From Carcharhinus longimanus (lineage: Eukaryota), in contig JASCQW010000150.1 of assembly GCA_030264375.1 (NCBI GenBank), positions 28,024,121-28,086,931 on the forward strand: a stretch of 62,811 nucleotides of DNA. Reading direction: 5' to 3'. This document shows positions 25,561 through 36,720 of the stretch, in pieces. The notes under the pieces are model-generated. The model worked only from the letters and a program-made list of their open reading frames with translations, had not been told where the DNA came from and did no database searches. A program made the position numbers and the translations under genes. Every line of letters begins with the position of its first letter. Within the stretch, counting starts at the first letter, position 1.

Positions 25561-25660
25561 CTGTAAGATAAGAACAGTGGCAGTGAGTATCAATAGATCA
25601 CACCAATTTTAATAACCCCTAATTCTACAGATTACCCACCGGTGGCTCTTCCTGCCAATG

Positions 25661-25967
25661 TTTTTTTTCACTTTATTCCAATCCAATCAAATTAAAGCCA
25701 ATTCAGAGTCCCAACAAGTTGGGACAATTCCCGATCCAAGCTGACAAGACAGGGCTCTCACCTCCTGTCTTGGGCTTGATCTACATGATCCAAACTGATG
25801 TAGGTGTAGCTCCTCCTCCAAGGCTTGATCTAATTTGCATCTTAGCCAAAAGGCCGAGATGCCGCTTTAAAAAATTGCTTCAAAAGCTGAAACGTAACCT
25901 AATGACTTCAACCAAGTGCAGCATGTCGATGCTACACTTGATCTTAGCCAGAAGGCCGAGAAGCAAT
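25661..25967 (-). mobile_element. U2 snRNA-headed short retroposon (SINEU/Keno-like), AATAAA + A8 tail
   Basis: Minus strand starts ATTGCTTCTCGGCCTTCTGGCTAAGATCAAGTGTAGCATC, 37/40 identical to U2 nt 1-40. Second U2 5' copy at 25839-25862. Ends GGAATAAAGTGAAAAAAAA. Confidence 0.75.
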
Positions 25968-26949
25968 AGAAATGATTCCTAAGAGCCCTGCCAGGTTTTC
26001 ATAGTCAAGGGAAGGACTGCCAATAGTGCCAGTGACTTGAAAAAGTGCTTATTGGTCAAAGCAACATACTAATGTGCAACTTACTCTTGTCTGAATCACC
26101 AAACTATGGCACAACATAGTGAAAGGGATCAACTTAGTCATCATTTGTTTATCTATTACATTTTAGAATGTCAGTTGGGCGAAAAAGATTTGCAATTCAG
26201 AATTTAATTCTAAAACCTTAGCATACTAATGATTACTTTCATTTGACTAAGAGTCTGACATAGAACCTCTGATGAGATGATCAATTGAGAAATTGGCAAA
26301 ATCATGCATGATAATTTGAGCTGATCATGTCTAGCGTGCCATACTCTAAATTTCAACAACAGTTTTTAAATGTCTGTCTATCAAAAATTTTCTTTCAAAT
26401 GTGTTCAATAACGTGCAGAAGTCCCAACACTGCTGTAGGATTCAGTGCAAGAATCCGAAGTTACTGAAAATGATTAAATGTGCCAACCGGGAGTCCAGTT
26501 CTGAAGAAAGATGAACGTCCAGTAAGAAAAGTAGAAACTTCTACATTTTAGGTAGCAGTCTTTTCATTCCCTAAAGAAAGTTCAACCACATACGAATGCA
26601 AAATTCTTCTTTCCATCAATATCAGATAATATCCTATTATAATTAATCAAATAGTCTTGAAAAGACTCCCATTGCAGTACCCAATGTGCTTGTCTTGTAA
26701 AGAAGTGGGTAGGTGTATAAGCCTAAATGTCATTGTATTGCCTTGGACCTGGAAGCAACAACAGTGAGGAACATTTCTAATTACTTTAAAATGCTTGGGG
26801 AATCCAATTGTTAAAAAAAAGATTGAAATTGACTTTTAAGAGTTTGTATCTACTGTAAAGAGTTTGCATGAACAGTAAATGTAAAATCAATTACGATTTT
26901 TGGATAAGAAGAAACACTGGTCCATGTGACCTTGGAACGCTTGACCTGG

Positions 26950-28030
26950 AAGCAGTCCCAATAGGAAGGAAGCAAAAATGTGCAGGCAGACAAAAAAAAG
27001 AGTAATGGGACTGCTGGAGAAAGGCGGTAGTCAGCAAGACAAGTTGGAGAGCTAGATTTCTGTGCAGTTGAAAAACTTGTTTAGAGCAGCTATTGCTGTA
27101 TCTTTCATTTCCGAGTGATTGAATATCACAAATCTGCCATACCATGCAAAAATAAAGGCAGTTTTGGAAGATGCATCAGGGAAGAAAGTTACCTGGAAAT
27201 TTTGTCCATGTGGCAGTCAAACCCCTTTGGTTAAGTACTTCAGATTTGATGCACGCTCAGGGACAAGAGGGTGTGACTACGAGGGAGGTACATACAGGGA
27301 TCCAGAAGGTAGTTCTGGAGGAGCCTCAGCCCTTCCACTTGTCCAACCAATAGGAGGTTCTTGCAACCTGTATGGACGAGAGCAGGAACTGCGATACGGG
27401 GGCCATCCAAGTTGGGGGAGTGAAAAATAATGCACTATTAGTAGGCGACAGTTTAGTTAATGAGATAGATACTGTTCCCTGCAGTCAAGAGCATGAATCC
27501 TGAAGCCTGTACTGCCTGTGCAGTGCCAGTGGTAAATACATCTCATCAGGACTGGACAGGAAATTGGAGCAGTAAGAAAAGGATAATGTTTTTGTGGTCT
27601 ACTTTGGTACCAGTGACACAGGCAGGACTAAAAACAGATTCCACTATAGAAGTACAAGCAGCTAACCGTTAGATTAATAAGCAGAATGGCAAAGAGAATT
27701 CCCCTTTATGGGGGAAACATAGAACTAGAGGTCATAGTTTCAGAATAAGGAGGCTCTCATCTAAGATGGAGTTGAGGAGGAATTTCTTCTCGGAGGGTTG
27801 TCAATCTTTTGAATTCTCTACTGCAGGGAGAAATGGAGACTGGATCACTGAATATATTCAAAACTGAGTTATACAGATTTTTGATCAACAAAGAAGTCAA
27901 GAATTATGGGGCGGAGTAGGGAGGTTGGTCAAAGAGAAAAATGGAACTGAGACCCAGATTAGATCTTATTGAATGACGAAGCAGACTTGAGGGGCCAAAT
28001 GGCCTTTTCTTGCCTCTACTGCTTATGTTC
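26950..28030 (+). mobile_element. Internally deleted CR1 LINE (ORF1 esterase remnant joined to the 3' end)
   Basis: LLVGDSLV...LYCLCSA...VVYFGTSD (SGNH/esterase-like CR1 ORF1) at ~27435-27620, then the ORF2 end and tail GAGGGGCCAAATGGCC...TTATGTTCCTAT. Confidence 0.7.
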
Positions 28031-28319
28031 CTATCCATTTGGTTCTTAAGCAATTCAAAACTTTCCTCCTCCAGCAGAAGTGAAGACCTCAGTTGGAATA
28101 CCGTTGGGGACCACAAATCTGCAGTTGCAATGAGCATAGAACGTTACAACACAGTACAGGCCCTTCGGCTCTTGATGTTGCGCCGACCAGCGGAACGAAT
28201 CTAATGACCCTCTAACCGAAACTATTCCAATGGTATCCATATGCATATCCACTAACCATTTGAACGCATTGGTATTCCAGCTGAAGTTTTCAAAGCTTTT
28301 GCTCACATCAAGACTTTGT

Positions 28320-29250
28320 GCACTTATCCTACAGATTTGGGGAGAAAAAAAACTCATCCCAAGTACAGGGACATGATGATTGTGACAACTATCTACAAGG
28401 AAGGAGATAAATTGTGCTGTGGAAACTATTGATATATTTCCCTCTTATCCATAGCAGGGAAAATCCTTGCACATATTCTCCAGAATCATCACCTACTTTC
28501 TGTGCCTGAGGAAATCCTCCCAGGCATTTATGATTTACAGTTTGAGGAAACTGCAATGTTGTTGCCCACTCTGCAAGCTACTCTTAATCTTGTCAATTCT
28601 ACATACAAGAAACTTGGCCTGTGTTGGAATGTTGCCAAAACAAAATCCCTATATCAATCCACACCTGGTCAGTCAAATATTCCACCTCCCATACATGTTA
28701 AAGGAGATACTCTGCAATATGTTGAGCACATTCCATACTTTGGCAGCCACCTCTCTCAAAAAATCAAACTCCAGATCAACTGCACCTGCTCAGCCTTTTA
28801 CAAGCCACAGCAAAATCAACAAAAACCTCCACAAGTCAACAAAAGTCCGAGTGTACAGAACAGTTGGCGTTACCTCACTCCTGTATTGCAGTGAGACCTA
28901 GACAATGCAGGAGTGACACCTAAGAGTGCTAGAGAAATTCCATCACAATATCTCTGCTACATCAATTGGAAGAAAATCCAATGAACACTAGTGTCGCTGA
29001 AGCCAGCTCCACAACCATTCAGATAAAACTCCTGCAAAATCAATCTTGGTTGTCTGGACACAGTGTCCAGATGGCTGAAAAGCATTTCCTCTGCCAGATT
29101 CTGTTTCCTCAAATCCTAAATGGCTAATATTCCAGGAAGACACTCTGAAGCTCTCCGTGAAGTATAGCAGTGTTGATATTAATGACTGGTAGGGGCTTGC
29201 TACCAATCGTTTAAAATGTCAACAGCTTGTCAATCAAACTGTATCATGTT
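28320..29250 (+). mobile_element. Degraded RTE-clade LINE fragments
   Basis: ORF track gives LQYVEHIPYFGSHLS and KSTKVRVYRTVGVTSLLYCSET, and upstream LLSIAGKILAHI. These are typical of RTE/BovB-like ORFs. Confidence 0.8.
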
Positions 29251-29967
29251 GTGAGTCACAATGTCATAATGATAGGCAGTGACAGTATGAAGAAAAGGAA
29301 GCAAATCCTGCACTCCAGATCCCACTACCTCATGGGACATCCTGCCCCTGTGCCTAAAGATCCAAGGATTGAGGATCAGTCTGTACAGATACATGAAGGC
29401 CCACAGAATAAACTCGCAACCCTGAATAAACATCATCCTGGAATCAAGGTACAGCAGCCGACATTCCATGCACCAAATAATCTAAATGAAGAACTGCCCG
29501 ATATCAGTCCTAAATATGACTGTCATTAGTTTCAATTAGTGTCACCCTCCTACTCCCACAAACTCATTTAAAGTAACTGTACTAGAGTTAGCTTTTCCAT
29601 GCTGTTTATGGTCTTATATACTTGTTTAAGACCAACTCTCAAGACACTTCCTTTCAATACCGTACAACCCAATATTTTCCAATCTCTGAAGTCAGCCTTA
29701 TAACTAACAAGTATTCAAGGTGTGCAGCAGCTTCTACACTTTCAGTCAGGTCATTCTTCTCTTTTCACCACTCCCCAATTCCACTGATTCACAGCTACAC
29801 TCTAAGTGTATCCTCTAATTTCATCTATTGAAACAATGAAGACATACGTTTATATAGCACCTTAATGCAAAACTCATGCTGAACATCATAAATTAAACCA
29901 AGCCAACAGAGAAGAAATTAGGAGCGGTTAAAAGCCAAGTCAAACAACTGGGATTTGAGGAGCTTTT

Positions 29968-30268
29968 ATAGAATCCCTAAAGTGCAGGAGGCCATTCAGC
30001 CCATTGAGTCTGCACTAACAACAATCCCACCCAGCTGCTATACCATCTATTTAGCCTGCTGATCTCCCTGACACTAAGGGGCAACTAAGCATGGCCAATC
30101 CACCTAACCTGCACATCTTTGGACTGTGGGAGGAAACCGAGCATCCAGAGGAAACTCATGCAGACATGGAGTGAATGTGCAAACTCCACACAGATAGTCA
30201 CTTGAGGCTGGATTTGAATCCAGGTCCCTCGCACTATGAGGCAGCAGTGCTAACCACTTTGCCACCCA
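29968..30268 (-). mobile_element. Near full-length HE1 SINE
   Basis: Minus strand: GGTGGCAAAGTGGTTAGCACTGCTGCCTC head, B-box GGATTCAAATCC, V-core, and HER1-like tail ...CACTTTAGGGATTCTAT. Confidence 0.9.
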
Positions 30269-31439
30269 GAGGTGCAAAGGTTTAGGAAGTTAAGTTTCTA
30301 AGAGTCAGGCCAAGGAAGTTAAAGGCGCTGTCACCAAAGGCGAGGTGAAGGGTAGGAGAAAGCATATGGGGAAGGAGTTAAAGGAATAGGAGGAAATTTC
30401 AGAAGGGATACAAAGCTTTGAAAGGATTTGTATGTGAGTACAAGGTTTTCAGTTAAAGTCATTAGTGAGTAGAGAGCCAAAGATTAGCAGCAATTGATAC
30501 TTGAGCAGGATGTAGTGTAGATGAGATAATAATTGCAGTGAGTTTTTCAGTCAAGTAAAAAGTTAATGCAAGGGGGATAACTGGAGACAAGTAAGGAGAG
30601 GATAGCAATACATTCAGCTGCCTAGATCGTATGTTCAAGAAAGCCTTCCTTAAAACTTTTGGTCACCTCCTTTTGGTGATTCCTTTTAATAATTCCTTCT
30701 TTGGTTCTTAGTTCATTTTTTCCTTAAGCCATTCTGAAGCAACTTTGGGAATTTTTTTATGGAGTAAAAATGTTTAATAAATGCATGCTGTTGCTAATGT
30801 TAGACAAAACAACTGAACAGCATGAAGGGAATCGAGAGATCTGGGACTGAATTTTATATGCGTTTTTGGCAGGGGGTGGGGCGTGTAAAATATGACAGAT
30901 GGTCAGCCCACTGTCTTCCCACCCACCTCTGACCCGGTAGGCGAACAGGTGCCAAAAACTGGTGACTCACCCATTATTTTTTTAAAAAGTAATTAAGAGC
31001 AATTGAGCTTATTAACAAGCTAATTGACCCATATTATGCACTACCCATGCCATAATACATCAATGTGGCCAAATGGGAGCGTCTTAGAACTATGTATTCT
31101 CCTAAAGGCAAACCAAGATCTTATACCCTTCCTGTGCCTCTCCACCTGGCCTTCAAAACCCTTCCCCCACTCCCTGTCTATCCCTTTCCACCGTAAAAAC
31201 CCAGGACCTTCCTTCGAAAATCTATTGTTCTTCCTGGGGCCTGCTTACGGTCTATACTATATTCTGGCAAGACTGCAGGTCAAGTCTTGAGGGTGTGACA
31301 AAGTCTTACTCTCTACTCATTTAGGCCACCCCCCGAGTGTTACTACTAATGGGGAGGAGGCTTTTATTTACAGCCCACTTGTTTGAAACAGACTTTTGTA
31401 ATGCTGGGAGAACACAAGCAATGCACCCCCTGTAAAAAG

Positions 31440-31712
31440 CTGAATGTAAAGGGTCTTCCATCTATCTCAGAGAGCAGGAGCTCTCGTATCTGTCCTAGCC
31501 AATATTGACAACTAGCCAACAACGCTTTAAAAAGATTATTTGGTCTATATCACATTGTTGTTTGTGATCATTATCTCATGCTTATGTTCAAATTGGCTGC
31601 TGCATTTCCTACAGTATAATAGTGACTACACTTCAAAAGTACATCACTAGTTGTAAACGTTTGGGGCATTCTGAGGTCATGAAAGGTGCTATACAAATAC
31701 AAGTCCTTCTTT
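31440..31712 (+). mobile_element. Deu-domain SINE (SacSINE1/AmnSINE1-like) 3' part
   Basis: AAATTGGCTGCTGCATTTCCTACA...GTGACTACACTTCAAAAGTAC...GAAAGGTGCTATACAAATACAAG. Confidence 0.7.
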
Positions 31713-32278
31713 CAAGAAAAGGATTACATCACCATTTAAAAAAGATAATGCATATTTGTAAGGAAAGAGAAATATAATTAGAATAAACAACTCCAGTTAA
31801 ACACCTGGTAACAGCATTCGTGTAACGCCTCCTGTTGTGTTTTAATTTGTTTGATTCTATGATCCCAAAAAATATAGCTGTCTTGTGTATCAAAACATTT
31901 GAGGACAAGGATTTAGATTTAACAAACATAATTCTGTCTGGTGCAAGGCTTAAGTGAATGCAGACATACTTTCCAAGCATTGGTCATACACCAATATATG
32001 CTGCACCACAGAAATGGCCACATTTCAGCAAACAATAAAAAGCAGTAAAATTGTGGGGCATCACAGTTTAAGGATCCTAACCTGACTGTACCATTTTGTG
32101 TAACTTATCTTCGATCAGAAAGAAATGTTCAAACACTGAAGGTAAGAAGTTCAATTACAGTAACCTCTTTGAAAAGCGACATGCTTAAACAAGGGATTCT
32201 ATCACATTTTTCTATTCTTCAACACTGAATAATCTGGCTTGCAAGATAAACTAACACGCAGCTCCGCCACATCTAACT

Positions 32279-33060
32279 TTTACTCTTCTAATATGAAGTT
32301 AATGATAATGATTGCTCTATCCAAATCTTCTGAAGAATTAACAGCTTTGAGGGAAAGACAAGCTAAAAATACACATAAAACACCAGGAGAACATTACCAC
32401 TGACAGAAGCTATTTGGAAAGTTGTATAACAAGTGAAGGTTCTCTATTCAAAAATAATAGTTCCATGTCGGAGACTATCTTTCTGGAAAAGAGAATACAA
32501 GCTTTGCATATAAAGTATGCCTGATGGCAAGATGGGATAAACACCAGCTCTGATAGCTAGAGGTACTCCAGATACAATGTACAGGGCATAAAAGTCAGCT
32601 GCAGCCATGCTGTAACAAAAGATTCAGTCCCAAGGTTCAGAAACCAACTTTACCCCCAAAACCATACCAAAGATGCAATGATTTGTAATAACCGAATAGA
32701 ATATTGGTTCAGGAAATTCTAAGCTTCTCACAAAAGAAGAAAATAAATAGTAAACTGGGCTTTATTTATGAATATACCAAACGCATAGAAAAAATTGCAA
32801 GGTACACAAAGCAAGCTTGTAGAACGAAGTGCAACTTTCTCTCATTTAGCAAGCATCCCATCCATTTTATGGAGTGGAGAAAAGATTTTTCAATCACAAC
32901 GAAAAGGCCTATTATTAAATACGCACAGGGTAGGGTAGTAGTAGTAGTCATGTTCTCCTGCTGTTGGGTGCATTTTTAGCTTGCCTTTCCCTCAAAGCTA
33001 CTAATTCTTCAGAAGGTTTGGACAGAGCAATCATTATTAACTTCATACTGGAAGAGTAAA
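32279..33060. repeat. Inverted repeat (~120-bp arms at 32279-32401 and 32943-33060, ~540-bp spacer)
   Basis: TTTACTCTTCTAATATGAAGTTAAT...CAGGAGAACAT versus ATGTTCTCCTG...ATTAACTTCATACTGGAAGAGTAAA. Confidence 0.9.
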
Positions 33061-33707
33061 TCAGGTCTTCTGAATCAAAATGTCTACAAGTGCATATATA
33101 CACAATGGGGGAGGGGGAGGTTGAAAAAAGTATGAGCAAATAACAGTCAGTCATTGGTCACAAAACGAGCACTTCCAACATGCAGCTGAAATTCGGGGTT
33201 GAAAAATACTAATTCTGTAATTCCACTTCATGCTCAAGATGTCACAGCACTGTAGATATCCTATACTAATGTGCTCTATGTTTATTTTCATGAAATGTTT
33301 CAATAAATATTGGAAGATGAGTCTTTAAGTGAAGTAATTTATTTACCGATAAATATAAGTGTAAAAGTAGAACAAATCATACTTCCAACTTCTAAGCATG
33401 TAAATATTTCTCTCTTACTCCACAAACTGCCTTTTTTGCTAAGTTACCTTCTACTTCCTCCCACTTGAACAAGGAATTAATTTTGCAGTGCTACCAAAAG
33501 AATCAAATATGTAGCTCTGCTGAAGTGACTGGCCAAAGGATAAACTATAGTGCATAGACTCAAGGGCCTGCACATTTCAGGTTGCTTATAGCCGTGCTAA
33601 GAATGCACTTGTTTAGCCAATGCAGAATCCCAATTATTGAGCTAACAGTCAGAGAGAAAAAGAAAACAATGCTTCTTCATTTGTTCATGCTTGGAAAAGG
33701 AACATAC

Positions 33708-33797
33708 CTGGCTGTGAAGGTGGGAACACCTGTGTGAAAGACGAAGATCTCTCTCTTTTAACAGGTGGAGGATAGTTACCATCATCTTTGTCAGAAT
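33708..33797 (-). CDS. RANBP3: RANBP3 coding exon 5 (DSDKDDGNYPPPVKRERSSSFTQVFPPSQP), containing the NLS and the RxRxxS phosphosite
   Basis: TTTATTTCTTCAG|ATTCTG...CAGCCAG|GTATGT. 90 nt, phase 1-1. Matches human DSDREDGNYCPPVKRERTSSLTQFPPSQS (PPVKRER NLS and adjacent RSK/Akt serine). Confidence 0.96.
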
Positions 33798-34871
33798 CTG
33801 AAGAAATAAATTAATTACATGGGGAAGAATAACTTTATGTTTAAAATGTAGCCATTGAATTTGAAATACTAATCTCCTAATTTATTTTTAAATTGCTGCA
33901 ATTACTCTGACTTGCAGCCAAAAATTTACATGCAAGTTATAAATGCCCTTTAATTGAGTTCAAAAATTTAAAAAGAACTACAATTTTCTAGGTTTACCTT
34001 TGTGGACAACTTGCCAAAGAATTATTTAACAATGAATTAGAAAAACAAGCTAAGTTTAATATAGCTCCATTTTAGGAACTAAATACCTGTGAACAAGAGG
34101 ATGCACTAACGGCCCATAACTTCTGCAGTGTCAATTTCCATCAGACTGCCACGCTTGACAGACATACCCACACCGGGATTCCGAAGCCCCTGTCTTGCCC
34201 AACCTTCCTCACTCAGGCTGGGTTAGATAGGAGTAGTGCAGTGTGCCCCTGGCAGCATCAGTATGGAGTAACAGGGATGCAGACTGAGAAGGAACGCCCT
34301 TTTTTTTACGGCAGTAGATCTGCCTCCAGAGCCAGAGGGGCAAGTGGGAGCCAGAAGGAGGACAGGGTGTAGTCAGAGCTAGAGGAAGGGGTTGGGCTGG
34401 CCTGAGAAGAGGAATCAGAGCAGGGCGGGGAAGCATCAGATAGGGAGGTGGTGGGGGTTGGGGGTTCCACAGCTGGAAGGAGGGTCGACAGGGTTGGAGC
34501 TGGAGTGGGATGGCCGTGGTGGTCCCTTGGTGGGGAGGGGGATTGTATGTTTATGGGTTGTACCCTGTATGGCTGGGTCTGGGGTCACTCTGGAAGTGTT
34601 TCTTTTCTTGCATTTCTAAGAGTAACTATGAGGATAAAACTGGCTGAACCATTCAAAGTTAAAAGTTTTAAATTGCTGCTGTCAGATGGTTCCAACAACA
34701 CAATTGTCCAGAGAAGTTAACATTTCTGGTCAATTGCCAGGTAAAGCCTTAGGTGGGAACTTCCAAGAGTGATTTCTCAGTGCATCATTGGGGTACCAGG
34801 AAGTTTATGGACCAGTATTTTTAAACAGGCACATAATAGAACATTAGAACCAATCAAATGAACATGCTTAC

Positions 34872-34908
34872 CTTCTGCATCTTCAGGACTGGAGGTATCT
34901 ACTGGCCT
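34872..34908 (-). CDS. RANBP3: RANBP3 coding exon 4 (RPVDTSSPEDAE)
   Basis: TTTATATTTTAG|AGGCCA...GCAGAAG|GTAAGC. 37 nt, phase 0 to 1. Corresponds to human RSAGGSSPEGGE. Confidence 0.9.
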
Positions 34909-35523
34909 CTAAAATATAAAAAAAGCCCATTATTCTCAAATTTTCCTAGTTCTATTGGTTACACTTAAAAGCAAACATGAGACAGCAGTGTCATAACTGA
35001 AAACAAGAAGAACAATAATTTAAAAGACTAATTATGAAAGCCAAAGATCTAGTAGTCAAGCAATCGTTCATTTGGGGCTATATTTAAAAGTTACTGCAGC
35101 TGCGCAGTATTTTTAAAAAACGAAATGCTGTAATAAATGTAATAAAAGATCCAAATCATATTGCAAGGCATCTGGTTTGGATCAAGTTTAGTCTGAATCA
35201 AGTTTAGTTCCTTTTGCTCAATCTTTTGCATATTCAGTGGAGTTACCCGGATTTCAGTAAAACTAACTGTGGCAACATTTTTGTACTGATAAAAACTTTG
35301 CACAGATTTTGACCCACCATGTGATCTATTTCTACACAGAACATTTTCAGTTCTGCAATGTCAAGTGTGAACACTTGATGCAATAAATTACACTACATTA
35401 TTGAATACATTTCAGAGTTTCGGACAGCCAGTGATATTCAAGGATAAACACAGCAAATGTATCAATCATCAAAAAAAAGACACAAAGCTGGTAATTCCAA
35501 ATGTTCTGGCAGCATCCACAAAT

Positions 35524-36390
35524 GTTAATCATCCTAGCTCTAGTGAAACAAAGACTTAACCTCACAAGTTTCTCTTTATAACCATAAAACGTCAACCATC
35601 ATAACCATGCCAATGAAACAATGCTGCATTTTTCATTACCTTCCTAGAATTTTTATAAAAATATGCTCAAAACTATTTAAAATATTCCAAATTTAGCATA
35701 ATGTCTACAACTTCAGTATTATTTACTTGTTTTTTTATTCAATGTCACATTGACAAAATGGTTGTCAGCATTAGATGATATAATACATGGACATCTAAAA
35801 AGTACTGGCATTACTGAAACAGTCAGCAAAGTTTCAAACACAGCACATTGCACCATGCAAACTTCCTGGAGTTCTTTTTCAAATGAACAAAGCCAGCTAA
35901 AAGGCAGAGCTCTTTCCTTGAAACTAGTACGTAAAATTCAAACTGATGGAGCAGTTGACAAGTTAACTACTAAATGGATTGAGAATGTGCAATGCCACAG
36001 TGGTCTCCTGGGCTAGCTATTAAGGCAAAACTCTACAATCAGTTAAATGCTGTGTATGGAAGAGCGAGCTGGAGAGATCAAATGACAGCCCTCATCTGTA
36101 ATTACGTTTGTGACCAGGATGCAGAGGGTGGTGATGAAATAATCATAAAATGTTACATGACAGAAGCAGGCAGTTAATCATCCTAGCTCTAATGAAATGA
36201 AGATTTAACCTCAAGTTTATAACCATAAACTGTCAACCATCATAATATATCAGTGAAACAATGCTGCATTTTTCATTACCTTCCTACAATTTTTATAAAG
36301 CTCAACACTATTTAAAATATTCCAAATATATTACAACATAATATTCTACAACTTCAATATTATTTACTTGCTTTTTTATTCAACGTCGCA
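35524..36390. repeat. Direct duplication of ~220 bp (35524-35749 and 36173-36390)
   Basis: Both copies start GTTAATCATCCTAGCTCTA and share TGAAACAATGCTGCATTTTTCATTACCTTCCTA and TATTATTTACTTG. Confidence 0.92.
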
Positions 36391-36465
36391 ATAGAAACAA
36401 GAATTTTACTTGCTTCTTCTTAGTCATATCTATTTATGGTACTGCCTTTAGTGATCTGTGCATGT

Positions 36466-36720
36466 GGGCATCATGGTGGCAAGCATAGATGCTTCATAGC
36501 ACCAGGGGCCCGGGTTCAATTCCAGACTCAGATGACTGCCTATGTGGAGTTTGCACATTCTCCCCTTGTCTGCATGGGTTTCCTCTGGGTGCTCCAGTTC
36601 CCTCCCACAGTTCAAAGATGTGCAGGTTAGGTGAATTGGCCATGCTAAATCGCCCCTTAGTGACCAAAATTTGTAGGTTAGGGGGATTAGGCATGGTAAA
36701 TGCACAAGGTTATGGGGAGG
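36466..36720 (+). mobile_element. HE1 SINE (3'-truncated)
   Basis: GGGCATCATGGTGGC head, CCGGGTTCAATTCC B-box, and V-core TGTGGAGTTTGCACATTCTCCCC...CATGCTAAATCGCCCCTTAGTG. Confidence 0.88.

Noticed and set aside
25928-25967. Functional U2 snRNA gene
   Set aside because: Only nt 1-40 are present. There is no Sm site or 3' stem-loops, and the branch-recognition GUAGUA is mutated.
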